Origin: Thermoproteota archaeon | Lineage (GTDB): Archaea; Asgardarchaeota; Jordiarchaeia; Jordiarchaeales; Freyrarchaeaceae | Assembly: GCA_029258835.1 (NCBI GenBank) | Contig: JAPDJY010000036.1 | Location: 1 to 58,782 of the forward strand | DNA: 58,782 nt | Direction: 5' to 3' | Shown here: positions 10,509 through 20,801 of the stretch, in pieces | Layout of the letters: each line of letters starts with the position of its first letter | How positions within the stretch are numbered: position 1 is the stretch's first letter | Translations under genes and position numbers: made by a program | Notes under the pieces: generated by a model | Seen by the model: the letters and a program-made list of their open reading frames with translations, nothing else | What the model was told of the DNA's origin: nothing | The model's database searches: none

Positions 10509-10599
10509 CAGTATGACATCGTTTTAACGGCTAAAAAAGGAAAGGATTCATTCCGGATATCCAGAAGCCCTAGAAGTCTTTTCCTGTCTCTCCCCGTAA

Positions 10600-10895
10600 G
10601 GGTCATGCTTAGAAGATGCCCGCCTTGCTCTCACTCCAAAAGCGCATGTCTTCAACGTGCATTGTCAGGGTTAGTTTGCCAGTAAAATGCGCCATAGGCT
10701 ACTAGTACTGGGTCGTGGACTCTGCAGACGATCATGCAGGAGCGACAAACGGCGCCGTGCATTCGCGCGACAGCCGTCCAGCCGCCATAATACCTCCAGT
10801 TTACGGGAGAAAACAGGAGCAACACGTCCATGTTATACTTAAGCTAGAAGCACATGCGCCCTCTTAATTCCCCCTCTACACTCCCTGTATGGCAT
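10600..10895 (-). pseudogene. Remnant of an M24 (Xaa-Pro peptidase/creatinase) N-terminal domain
   Basis: GGAGGT SD then MPYRE..(stop)..LKYNMDVLLLFSPVNWRYYGGW..DPVLV with internal stop and frameshift; left boundary approximate. Confidence 0.55.
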
Positions 10896-11066
10896 TACCT
10901 CCACTTCTTTCTTTTGATTCCTTCAGTTAACGTAACCCCTCCTCTTTTTTCTTTAAACGTGAGAGAACCAAGAGGAACCTAACCATGTTTAAGCTAAAGA
11001 AGATTTCTCAAGGTTCGCAGGGAATTTTCCCTAATTCCCCAGGTAAGTGGGAGACGAGGCAGATAA

Positions 11067-12206
11067 CTATTGAGTTAGTTTTTTCAAGTTTTCTACTAAG
11101 TAGAGTATGTCCTGCTCTGTATTGTAAAGATGTGGTGAGGCTCTTAACATTCCTTTACGGACACTTACCTCTATAGGTTTCTTTAGGTGGCGAAGTCGAT
11201 CTGCCACGTATTTTGCATCCCTTTCAATTTTGAACGTGACTATTGCTCCTCTCTCCTTTTCATCTAGGGGTGTAATTACCTTCACGTTTCTAAGTGCTTC
11301 CAATTCTTCGATAAGCATGCTTGACAGCTTCATGTTATGGCTGTAGATTTTCTCTATGCCAACACGTCTTAGGTATTTTATTGATTCTGCAAACCCCATT
11401 TTCGCGATGTACGCAGTCGTCGAGTATTCAAACTTTCTTGCTGATGACGCATAGCTCAAACTCGCTGGGTTAAAGTTAAATGGCTCCTCGGTTGACCGCC
11501 AGCCCACGAAGGCTGGCTCTGAGTTCTCCCACAGGCTCCTTGAAATGTAGGCTACTGCGGCGGATACTGGTCCGAGCATCCATTTATAGCTTCCAGTAAC
11601 GTACACGTCTACGCCGAGGCTTTCTACGTTTATCGGGATGTATCCTGCGGCCTGTATTCCGTCTACTACCAAGATCGCTCCAACGTCGTGGGCTGCCTTA
11701 GACAAGCTTACGATGTCGGTTCTCTGCCCTGTTAGGTACTCAACATGGCTCACGCAAATAGCTTTCGTCTCTTCGTCTATGGCGTCTAACAGCTTATCAG
11801 CTGGGACGTGCCAGCCTTCAGCTTCAACCAACTTAACTTCGATGTTTGAGCTACGGGCAACTCTAAGCCACGGGTATGTTACGCTTGGAAACTCAAGGCT
11901 AACCGATACCACGTTCCCGCTGGAAAGCTCCAGGCTCCATGCGATCATGTTTAATGCCTCCGAGACGCTGGTGAAAACAGCTACGTTTTTAACATGGGCG
12001 CCAAGCAGCCTGGCACCCTCAACCCTGAGGCCTTCATGCATCCGCTCCTCAACAACGTCGGACAACCCCAGGGTTCCTTTTCCATAAACGCTTTCAACAA
12101 ATTCTTTAACTCGTTCAACCACGCAACGAGGAGCCAAACCTATAGCAGCAGTGTTAAGATAATCTACATGTTTAGTTATGGGAAAATCCTCTAAAACATT
12201 TAGCAA
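11067..12206 (-). CDS. Class V PLP aminotransferase (cysteine desulfurase/lyase-like)
   Basis: YLNTAAIG, EFPSV, SHVEYLTG, VDGIQAAG, SYKWMLGP (PLP Lys), RASPHLYNT. Confidence 0.9.
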   Translation of the reverse strand: MLNVLEDFPITKHVDYLNTAAIGLAPRCVVERVKEFVESVYGKGTLGLSDVVEERMHEGLRVEGARLLGAHVKNVAVFTSVSEALNMIAWSLELSSGNVVSVSLEFPSVTYPWLRVARSSNIEVKLVEAEGWHVPADKLLDAIDEETKAICVSHVEYLTGQRTDIVSLSKAAHDVGAILVVDGIQAAGYIPINVESLGVDVYVTGSYKWMLGPVSAAVAYISRSLWENSEPAFVGWRSTEEPFNFNPASLSYASSARKFEYSTTAYIAKMGFAESIKYLRRVGIEKIYSHNMKLSSMLIEELEALRNVKVITPLDEKERGAIVTFKIERDAKYVADRLRHLKKPIEVSVRKGMLRASPHLYNTEQDILYLVENLKKLTQ

Positions 12207-12344
12207 ATGAATCCCTCCTTAACCATTTAAAGCAAAACACCTACATTAAACACTTAAGATTTCGCGATTGTAAGCGTCCTTCGAACGTATCCGAGCAGTG
12301 ATCTCCCAACATTTTAAGGGATCCGGGAAAGGAAGGGGTTAAGA

Positions 12345-12650
12345 TTAGCCCCTGAATACCTCTTCCAATGCTAGAATTAGGGCGCTATATGATTCCAGCA
12401 AATGGCTTTTTTCGTGTTCAGCCCTCCCTTCTTTCTCCAAGGCTTCACTAAGAGATTTAATGGCTTTAATTCGGAGATTAGCGACCTCACCGGTAAGTTT
12501 ATTGGCTGCACCAAGCGATTCAACCTTTCCGCTTAACTCGGCGAGCACCTCGATTGCCTCTCTTAGGGCTTCTATAAACGCGTTTTCCTCCTTTAAGTAC
12601 TCTTCCAATCTCACCTTTAACTTCTGAACCTCTCTTACCAGTTCAGGCAT
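12345..12650 (-). CDS. Small coiled-coil hypothetical protein
   Basis: 101 aa, E/L/K/A heptad-like pattern, GGAGGG SD upstream. Confidence 0.65.
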   Translation of the reverse strand: MPELVREVQKLKVRLEEYLKEENAFIEALREAIEVLAELSGKVESLGAANKLTGEVANLRIKAIKSLSEALEKEGRAEHEKSHLLESYSALILALEEVFRG

Positions 12651-12806
12651 AATACTCCCTCCAGAAGTTTAAGCTTCCTGCAGGAATTAGAGGTGGTGAA
12701 GGACAGCTTAAATCTTTCCGAGGCGTGGTCTTAATACGAGTAGCTTGCCATGTCGATCAGGACGCTTCGCCACGTTTACCCCCTCCTAATGGTTTAACCA
12801 TCCGCC

Positions 12807-13546
12807 ATGGGAAAGGAAAATAAGGCTTTAAGGCTAATCTTGTTAGATCCGGATGAAGGTGTGGAGGACAAATTTGAGAGAACGTTTAATGAGCCGCTGG
12901 ATAATGCTTTGATGACCATGGTTATCAAGGAGGTTGTAGAGGAGGTTTCTAGGGTTTTTGGCCCGGTGTTTAAGAGGCTTGCCGTCGAGAACGCGTTAAG
13001 ATTTGAGGCTGACATGCTAGGTGAGGAACCCCCCTGAGGGCGTTGAAAGCATGGAGCAACTCGTAGACTACATTCTGAGGAGCATGGACAGGTATCCTAG
13101 AGGTCAGGCTGCACTCGTCTATGGCATGGGGAAAGCTGAGGAGGTAATTCAGGGTGGTGTCGGGGCAGGTCTAAGATCTCGGTTTTAAAATCTACCAAAA
13201 TGTTGCTTGAAAGGTCTGGGATGCTGAGCGGCATAGCTGCTCCATAAACGACCTTTTCGAAGCCCTCGTTAAAGTCGGGGAAATAAACACGAGTATGAAG
13301 CTGATGATCCCGACGACCTTCAAGAGGTTGGAAGGGGGTGAGCTTGGTATTGAAGTGCTGGACTGCCCGTTTGGGGACGCATGCAGACGATCCATAGAAG
13401 AAGGGGTGAAGGCGATTAGAGGGGAGACGTGCGCAGCGCTTAGCTTAGTGTGGTCGGCGGCGGAAATAGTTACTGGGGAAAGGTGCGATTACGTCATAGA
13501 AGAGCTGAGTCCTCCAGTGTGTAAGGGGCGCGTTTACAAACTTTAA
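12807..13546 (+). pseudogene. Frameshifted V4R/MetOD-like sensory-domain protein
   Basis: The 76-aa and 83-aa ORFs are bridged by an intervening frame (EGVESMEQLVDYILRSMDRYPRG); C-terminal DCPF..C...C...C pattern. Confidence 0.55.
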
Positions 13547-13689
13547 AGTAGCTTCTACGCTATGGTGCCCGGGTTGGAGGCGTAGTGGTGCGGCTTCAGG
13601 GATGCGTAAGGCGGAGGCGTGATGGGAAGCTTAAAAGCGGCCTACTGGCATATTATGGTGAAGGATTTCGACGTAGTGAGAGGGGGTAT

Positions 13690-14579
13690 GTGACGGATAA
13701 GGGTGTTCAGCATGTGTTTGTAGAGGTTAACGGCGTGTGGCTTCACCGTGCTGTTAAGGGTGAGGGGAGGCCGGTTATCCTTCTGCATGGCTTCCCAGAG
13801 TTCTGGTATTCTTGGAGGAAGCAGATGCTGGTTCTGTCCAGACGGTTTAAGGTCGTTGCACCGGACATGAAGGGGTTATAACCTGAGTGATAAGCCTGAG
13901 GGGGGTTGAAAGCTACAAGTTAAACGTGCTCGTGGGGATGTTTTGAGGCTGATAAGGGCTTTCGGCGAGAGAGGGGTGTGATCGTTGGCCATACCGGGGA
14001 GGGGTCGTCGCGTGGGCTTTCGCTATGACTCATCCTGAAGCGATCGAAAGGCTTATCGTGATGAACGCGCCTCACCCGGCTGTCTGGCAGGAGAAGGTGA
14101 ATTACCTCCCTGAGCGGTTGAGGAGGGAGCTGGTACATTTTCTTTTTCCAGCTGGAAAGGGTTCCTGAGATGTATTTTAGCAGGAACAACTATCTTGTTT
14201 TAAGGGAGATGCTGCGTGCTGCGTGCTGCGTACGTCCACCGTGAAGGAGGAGGTTTTCAGCGAGGAGGACGTTGAAAGGTACGTGGAGGCTTGGTCGCAG
14301 CCCAGGGCGTTAACGGCGGGAATAAACGATTACAGGGCGAACATAAAGGCCGGAGATTTTCATGAAAGACGTTCACTTGAGTTTTCTAAAGGTGAGGGCG
14401 CCAACTTTGGTTATTTGGGGGAAGGATTTCGCCTTAACCGTGGAGGTGAGTAGGGGACCTGAAAAGTACGTCGATGCGCCATGCGAGATCAAGTACATAC
14501 CGGAGTGCGGGCACTAGTTCAAAACGAGGAGCCAGGCTTGGTAAATGGGTACATTCTAGATTTCTTAAAGGATCTTTAA
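13690..14579 (+). pseudogene. Alpha/beta hydrolase (epoxide hydrolase-like), multiply frameshifted
   Basis: LLHGFPEFWYSWRKQ, VAPDMKG/YNLSDKP, MNAPHP, ALTAGINDYRAN, IWGKD, IPECGH fragments in different frames. Confidence 0.85.
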
Positions 14580-14716
14580 CTGGCTGTGTGGGTGAGGGGT
14601 TGCTGGGTGACGGGGGCTGCTGACGCTGCTTAGCGGCTGATGTGTTTTGAGGCATCCTGAAAATGGTTCTTTAAATAGGGAAATTTTTTAAATTTTTTTC
14701 CCTATATGTTGATCCT

Positions 14717-16039
14717 GTGGTTGCCATGCGGAGGGAGACTTGGGTTGAAGTTATAAGAGATTTCCACGAGCAAGAGCTGCCGGAGCTTGTAGAAAGAGAA
14801 GTTAACGTTCCCATTAGGCTCCCCATAAGAAGGGCGGTGTCCATAGTCGGCCCTAGAAGGGTGGGGAAAACGTTTTACATGTTCCAGCTCGTTAAGAAGA
14901 TCCTTTCCTCAGGTGTCGAGAGGAGCAGGGTGCTCTATGTTAACCTTGAAGACGTTGTCGGCGTCGACGTTAAGGAGCTAACGGTGATGCTCGATGTCTT
15001 CTATGAAATGTACCCTGAGAACAAGAGGAGAGATGTATGGCTGTTTTTAGACGAGGTTCAATGTGTGCCTGGGTGGGAGTCCTTTGTCAGGCGCGTACTC
15101 GACGTGGAGAAGGTACAGGTTTTCATATGTGGTTCGTCGTCTAAGCTACTCTCAATAGAGGTGGCGACAAGCCTTAGAGGTAGAAGCATAACGTATCACG
15201 TCCTCCCGTTCTCGTTCAGAGAGTTCCTAAGGGCTAAGGGGGTTACCGTTGAAAGGTACCTTTCGTCTTATGAGAGGGCGAAGGTGCTAAACGCGCTGTC
15301 CAGCTACCTTGAGTGGGGCGGCTATCCTGAAGTGGTCTTATATCCAGAGGAGAGGTATAGGATGGTTAAGGAGATACTTGACGTAACGGTGTACAGGGAC
15401 GTCGTGGAGAGGTATGGGGTGCGAAACATTAAGCTACTTAAACTCTTGCTGAGGGCTTTGACGTCTTCAACCATGTTCTCGGTTCACCGCTTCCACAACT
15501 TCCTCAAGTCTCAGGGCGTAAAGGCGAGCAAGAACACCATCTACAACTACCTAGAGTACCTGGCGGACACGATGATAATCTACCCGTTAAGAAGGTACTC
15601 GCCATCCTATAGGGAAGCGGAGCAAACCATGCCGAAAATATACTTGATCGACAACGCCCTCCTAAAGGTTGGAGGAGTTGAAAACAGGGGGAAACTACTC
15701 GAAAACCTCATTCTAACCGAGCTGTTAAGGAGGAAGTACTACTGGAATCCGGAGCTTGAAATATACTATTACAGAACTCCAAGTGGAAGAGAAGTGGACT
15801 TTGTGGTTGTTGAGGCGGGGAGGGTTAAGCAGCTCATACAGGCATGCTACAGCCTCGAAGACTTCAACACGAGGGAGAGGGAGTTGAAGGCGATAGTTAA
15901 AGCGGGAAAGGATCTTGGGTGCAGAAACCTCACCATACTAACGTGGGACGAGGAGGAAGAGGAAGAGTACGTGGGAGTGAACGTTAAGGTTGAAGCGGTG
16001 TGGAGGTGGCTGCTGCACCCGAACGCGAAGTCGGATTAA
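14717..16039 (+). CDS. AAA+ ATPase with C-terminal DUF4143/PD-(D/E)xK-like domain (COG1373)
   Basis: GPRRVGKT, FLDEVQ, GSSSKLL, LRGRS, GGYPE, LENLI, EVDFVV..IQACY. Confidence 0.92.
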   Translation: MVAMRRETWVEVIRDFHEQELPELVEREVNVPIRLPIRRAVSIVGPRRVGKTFYMFQLVKKILSSGVERSRVLYVNLEDVVGVDVKELTVMLDVFYEMYPENKRRDVWLFLDEVQCVPGWESFVRRVLDVEKVQVFICGSSSKLLSIEVATSLRGRSITYHVLPFSFREFLRAKGVTVERYLSSYERAKVLNALSSYLEWGGYPEVVLYPEERYRMVKEILDVTVYRDVVERYGVRNIKLLKLLLRALTSSTMFSVHRFHNFLKSQGVKASKNTIYNYLEYLADTMIIYPLRRYSPSYREAEQTMPKIYLIDNALLKVGGVENRGKLLENLILTELLRRKYYWNPELEIYYYRTPSGREVDFVVVEAGRVKQLIQACYSLEDFNTRERELKAIVKAGKDLGCRNLTILTWDEEEEEEYVGVNVKVEAVWRWLLHPNAKSD

Positions 16040-16113
16040 GGACGCACACAAAATAAAAAATAAAAGCGAAGCGTCTGAACGGTTACGGGAAAAACTCCGG
16101 AGAGGGTTTCACC

Positions 16114-16293
16114 CTGAAGAGCATATCAGAGCTTATTTCCCTGAGGGAGAAGCGAAGCCTGATCACGGGGTCTGCATCGGGGATCGGCAAGGCTATGGCG
16201 TTAAGGTTCGCTGAGGCGGGCTCAAACTTGGAGCTCGTCGACATAAACATTGATGGGTTAAACGCGGTGAGGGAGGAGCGGTGTTCCGGGTGA
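16114..16293 (+). pseudogene. Truncated short-chain dehydrogenase N-terminus
   Basis: LKSISELISLREKRSLITGSASGIGKAMALRFAEAG..LVDIN (TGxxxGIG), then stop. Confidence 0.75.
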
Positions 16294-16457
16294 ATGTTAG
16301 TTGATGGGGGGCTAGGAGGGCGGGTGGCGTGTAACGACTTTGGGAGGGTGGAGGATGGAGGGGGTTAGCGCTGGGTTTGGCGTTTGATGGGTGGTGGGTT
16401 ATGTTTTCGAAAGAGTTTTAGGTTGAAAGTTGGTTAAATTAGGAGGGGGTTGATGGG

Positions 16458-17297
16458 TTGAGTAAGTTTATTGATTTAGGTTCTGTGGGGAAAGTTTCTG
16501 AGCCGATGGAGTTTAGCTACACTTGGAAGGATGTTGTGCTTTATGCTTTGGGGATAGGTGCTGGGAACGATGAGCTGGAGTTTGTCTACGAGAAGAAGCT
16601 GAAGGTTTACCCTACGTTCGCAGCGATAGTGGCTCAGCCGGCTCTCGGATGGGCGCTTTTCGAAGCTAAGGTGGACTTCACGAGGCTTCTCCACGCGGGT
16701 CACAAGATCGTGCTTTACAAGGAGATACCAACGGAGGGGAAGCTGACCACGGTCGCCAAGATAACCAACATTTACGATAAGGTTAAGCATGCTTTAATGG
16801 TTGTTGAGGCGGAGACTAGAGATGAAAAGGGGGAGCGTGTCTGCGACAACATAGCCTCGTTCATCGTGAGAGGAGCTGGAGGGTTTGGAGGGGAACGGGG
16901 GCCGAAGGCGGGAAACGAGCCTCCAGAGGGGAGGGAGCCGGACTTCAGGGATGAACTCGTAACCTCGAAGGACCAGAACGTGATTTACAGGCTGTCCGGC
17001 GACGTAAACCCGCTCCACATCGACCCGGAGTTCGCCAAGCTGGCAGGGTTTGAAAGGCCGATCCTGCACGGCTTGTGCACCTACGGGTTCGCATGCAGAT
17101 CCATACTGAGGAAGGTTTGCGACAATGACCCGAGCAGGCTTAAATCGTTTGAGGTGCGCTTCTCCGGCGTAGTATACCCTGGAGACACGATAATCACGGA
17201 AGGATGGAAGGTGGACGAGGGGAAGTACATCATCCGGTCAAAGAATCAGAGAGGTGACGTGGTTCTCTCCAACGCCGCTGCGGAGATCAAACAGTGA
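16458..17297 (+). CDS. MaoC-like double hot-dog (R)-specific enoyl-CoA hydratase
   Basis: YALGIG; YRLSGDVNPLHIDPEFAKLAGFERPILHGLCTYG hydratase-2 motif. Confidence 0.92.
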   Translation: MSKFIDLGSVGKVSEPMEFSYTWKDVVLYALGIGAGNDELEFVYEKKLKVYPTFAAIVAQPALGWALFEAKVDFTRLLHAGHKIVLYKEIPTEGKLTTVAKITNIYDKVKHALMVVEAETRDEKGERVCDNIASFIVRGAGGFGGERGPKAGNEPPEGREPDFRDELVTSKDQNVIYRLSGDVNPLHIDPEFAKLAGFERPILHGLCTYGFACRSILRKVCDNDPSRLKSFEVRFSGVVYPGDTIITEGWKVDEGKYIIRSKNQRGDVVLSNAAAEIKQ

Positions 17298-17648
17298 AAC
17301 CAATTTTTCCCCTTGAGATGGAGGGGTTGGCCGGGTAGCAGGATGTTACAGTTTAGCTTCTAAAGCAGGATGTTAAATGTGCGTGGCTCTGCGCTGGCGG
17401 TTAAGGTTGCTCTACGCCTGCAGACTTGAGGTTTGAGTGCTTCAGCCCTAAGGCCTCTATAGGCATCCGGGTTGATTACGGTCTTCATGTGGCCTACGTT
17501 GTAGTAGGTGCAGGTTAAACCGCTCCTGTTGAGGCGGCATCTACTCTTCTCGCTTTTCTGCTTTCGCTACCAGCACCTCATTGTTCAGAGGGTAGGGTTA
17601 AAAGGAGGGGTTGCTGTATGGTTTCATGGGAAGGGTGAGGGGTGACGG

Positions 17649-18030
17649 ATGCGGCGTTACGTGGACTGGCTGCGGCAGGCTGAGGCTGACCTTAGAGCTG
17701 CTGAGTCGAGCGTGAGCGCTGGCCACTACGAGTGGGCTTGCTTTCAGGCGCAGCAAAGCGCGGAGAAGGCTGCGAAAGCGCTGGCGGAGAAAAAGGGGAG
17801 AAAAATTCTTGGGCATTCTGTATCGTTTATTTTGAGGGATCTTGCTCCTTCAGGGGGGCTGTTAAGGATGGCTAGGGTACTTGACAGGTACTATATATTC
17901 CGACGAGGTATCCTAACAGCTTTGACCGTGGTGCCCCTATAGATTATTTTGGAAGGGAGGAGGCGGAGAGGCGGTGAAGTATGCGAGGAGAATCTTGGAG
18001 TACGTTAAGGAGGAGATCGGCAAGAGCTGA
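17649..18030 (+). pseudogene. HEPN-domain toxin, frameshifted
   Basis: WLRQAEADL, WACFQAQQSAEKAAKA, GHS; LDRYYI continues as PTRYPN in another frame, with a second shift near the end. Confidence 0.8.
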
Positions 18031-18421
18031 ATACATAAAAAGCTATGTTGAGAGGGTTGTGGAAGCTGAGAGGCCGGTTGGCATAGTTGTTTTCGGTTCG
18101 ACTGCGAAGGGGGAGGAGGGCGAGGGAGGCGACATAGATGGCTTGGTGATCTATGATGGGGAAGTCGACTACATGGAGAAGAGCTTGATTCTTAGGGAGC
18201 TCGAGGACTCATGCATGGTGGAGCCGTCCCCCTGCAGCTACGATCAGGTGGGGAAGATGGTTGAGGAGGTAAACCCCTTTGTGTTCGATGCACTGGAGGA
18301 CGGGGTGGTAGTTTACGATCGGGAGGGAAGGGTAAGGGAGTTACTGCGGTTGAAGGAGGAGGTTTCATTGAGGCTTGGCGTCGTAAGGACTGAAAGAGGA
18401 TGGGAGGTGGGGGCTGACTGA
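17981..18421 (+). CDS. Minimal nucleotidyltransferase (MNT) antitoxin
   Basis: VFGSTAKG..GDIDGLVI, ALEDGVVVYD; start uncertain. Confidence 0.85.
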   Translation: MRGESWSTLRRRSARAEYIKSYVERVVEAERPVGIVVFGSTAKGEEGEGGDIDGLVIYDGEVDYMEKSLILRELEDSCMVEPSPCSYDQVGKMVEEVNPFVFDALEDGVVVYDREGRVRELLRLKEEVSLRLGVVRTERGWEVGAD

Positions 18422-18543
18422 GGGAGGAACCCGGTGGCTTCAGGTGGATGAGGGGTGAAGTGGCGGGTAGCGCTTTGTAAATCTTTCCTCACATCTTGTG
18501 AGGGAGGTTTGAAGTCGCTTAGTCTGCCTTGTAGGGCTGCATC

Positions 18544-19614
18544 GTGGAGGAGAGGGTGAGTGGTGTGAGTGTCGAATTCAGAAGAATAGTTAAAAGCTCG
18601 GTGTTCTTGGACCCCAGAAGAGGGTTTGAAAGGGTTTCCCTGCCGATTGAGGTGCGCTTTGACCCTTTAACTGGGCGTGAATGCATGCTGGTGGACTTCA
18701 GGTTTAGACCGCCTGAAAAAGCCGATCTCTCGGATGTAATCGAGGAAACCGCTAAGGGCTGCCCTTTCTGCCCGGGGAACGCGGAGAAGGCTACCCCCAT
18801 GTTCACGGAGGAAATAGCTCCGGAAGGAAGGATAAGGGTGGGGGAGGCGTTGGTTGTCCCGAACATAATGCCCTACGCAGAGTACAGCGCGATAACCATA
18901 ATGACAAGGAGGCACTTCGTTGAAATATCCGGGTTTACGGAGGAGACGCTGGTGGACGCGTTCACTGCTTCGCAAACGTACCTTAAGAGGATTGCGGAGC
19001 ATGACGTAAACCAGAAATACCACTTTATAAACTGGAACTATATGCCTCCCTCGGGTGGAAGCATCATACACCCGCATCTTCAAGTGCTCTCATACGACAC
19101 GCCGCTAGGCTACTATGGGGAAAGGCTGAGGGCGTCCGAAAGGTACTACGAGGAGCATGGCGGCGTGTTCTGGAACGACTTAGTTGAGAGGGAGAGGGAG
19201 CTCGGTGAAAGATACATTGGAGGCGATGGCGGGGTGCACTGGATGACGGCTTTCACGCCGAGAAGCTACTTTTTCGAGGTGACAGCGGTCTTCCACGGCA
19301 AGCCCTCAATCCTATCCCTCTCAAGAGAGGATTTCAAGAGGTTTTCTAGGGGGCTCAGAATGGTGCTACGGTACATGGGCGACCAGAACATCTACAGCTT
19401 CAACCTCTCCATCCAGTCGGGGCCACCCGGAACGGAACACTTCTGGGTTAACGCCTCAATAATACCAAGATTCACCTTCCCACCCGTGAGCACGGCTGAC
19501 GCAGCATCCCTGCGGATGCTGAATGACACACTGTTCTGCTACAGGAAGCCTGAAGAAGTGTGCAGAGAGCTGAAAGAATATTTTAACGATAAAAACAAGC
19601 AGCCTAACGGTTGA
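18544..19614 (+). CDS. Galactose-1-phosphate uridylyltransferase (GalT)-like HIT-fold protein
   Basis: RFDPLTG, CPFCPGN, NWNY...GGSIIHPHLQ (HPHxQ). Confidence 0.85.
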   Translation: MEERVSGVSVEFRRIVKSSVFLDPRRGFERVSLPIEVRFDPLTGRECMLVDFRFRPPEKADLSDVIEETAKGCPFCPGNAEKATPMFTEEIAPEGRIRVGEALVVPNIMPYAEYSAITIMTRRHFVEISGFTEETLVDAFTASQTYLKRIAEHDVNQKYHFINWNYMPPSGGSIIHPHLQVLSYDTPLGYYGERLRASERYYEEHGGVFWNDLVERERELGERYIGGDGGVHWMTAFTPRSYFFEVTAVFHGKPSILSLSREDFKRFSRGLRMVLRYMGDQNIYSFNLSIQSGPPGTEHFWVNASIIPRFTFPPVSTADAASLRMLNDTLFCYRKPEEVCRELKEYFNDKNKQPNG

Positions 19615-19689
19615 AGGGACGGTCAACGTTTAACGTTGGGGGCTCCTGTGCTTGTTCGGTTTATATATGGTTGAAATGGTATTTAAGGT

Positions 19690-20724
19690 ATGAGCGTTGA
19701 AGATGTTTTACCCCGGGCTTTAAACTACTTGAAGAGGAGCGGCTACAGGGTTGACTCCATTAGTGGCGAAGCCGAGAGGCTAGTTGAGCTTTTCAAGAGA
19801 GGGGTGGAAGGGCGCCCAGCGATCAAGCCGTACCACGTTGACCCGCCGAGTCCCGCTCTTTACTCCTACCTGGATGCCGCCAGGCCCGTCGTGTACGCTG
19901 AGCAGAAGCTTGACGGAACCCACATACAGGTTTCAGGCAGCGGACTGTTCAAGCACAACGGGGATCCGGTGGCCAGCGACCAGCTTGGGGGGCTGATATA
20001 CGTGGCAGTCATGGAGCCCGAGAAAGCCAGGAGGATAATGGATGTGGCTGAGGAGGGGTACGTTGTGGAGGTGGAGCTCTTCGGAAGCAGGTATACTCCA
20101 ATGGGGTTCCATAAGGGCTACGAGAAGCCGTTTGACGTTGCAGTTTTCGAGGTGGGGTTAGAGGGCAGGTGGATACCTCCCCCGGAGAAGTACGAGGTGA
20201 TAGACGGGTTCAACCTGCCACGCCCCGGAGCGGTCAGGGTGGAGTATGATAGCGTAGACCAGCTTAGGGAGAGGGTTGAAAGCATAGCTCACAGGCCTGA
20301 CTGGTTTGAAGGGGCGGTGGTTAAAGCACCCTTCACGCCGAAGGAGGGCTTCCAAGTTAAAGAGTACGTTAAAACGGGGAGCTTACTTCTTTTCAAGGTG
20401 AAGAAGAGGGTTGAGTTGAAGCGGAGGAAGCCGAAGAAAAAGAAGAAAAAGGAAAGGGAGGAGCCTAGAGTTTACCTTGACGTGAAGGAGGAGGCTGTGA
20501 ACGAGGTTGCCAAGCTGGTGGTTGAGCTTGGAGAGGAATACGTGATGGACGCCAGAAACACCGGGGTGATAATTGAAAGGATAGTGCGGTACCTTGACGA
20601 GGCACACCCAACCCTAGTGGAGAGGTTTAAGGCTGAAGGCTTAACGGACAGGGATTTACGTAGAGCGGTAGGTGAGGCGGTTATGGACGCTAAAAGACGG
20701 CTGGCGAGGAGGCAAGGATCCTGA
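19690..20724 (+). CDS. ATP-dependent RNA ligase-like nucleotidyltransferase (Rnl2-like)
   Basis: Motif I EQKLDGTH, III EVELFG, IIIa AVFEV, IV FEGAVVK, V LFKVKK; helical C-terminal domain, no obvious OB domain. Confidence 0.8.
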   Translation: MSVEDVLPRALNYLKRSGYRVDSISGEAERLVELFKRGVEGRPAIKPYHVDPPSPALYSYLDAARPVVYAEQKLDGTHIQVSGSGLFKHNGDPVASDQLGGLIYVAVMEPEKARRIMDVAEEGYVVEVELFGSRYTPMGFHKGYEKPFDVAVFEVGLEGRWIPPPEKYEVIDGFNLPRPGAVRVEYDSVDQLRERVESIAHRPDWFEGAVVKAPFTPKEGFQVKEYVKTGSLLLFKVKKRVELKRRKPKKKKKKEREEPRVYLDVKEEAVNEVAKLVVELGEEYVMDARNTGVIIERIVRYLDEAHPTLVERFKAEGLTDRDLRRAVGEAVMDAKRRLARRQGS

Positions 20725-20801
20725 ACGGGACTCTATCCAAGAGGTGGTGGATGGAGGGGTGGAGGGGTGGAGGGCTGGAGAAGCTAAGAGGGCAGGGAGC
20801 A

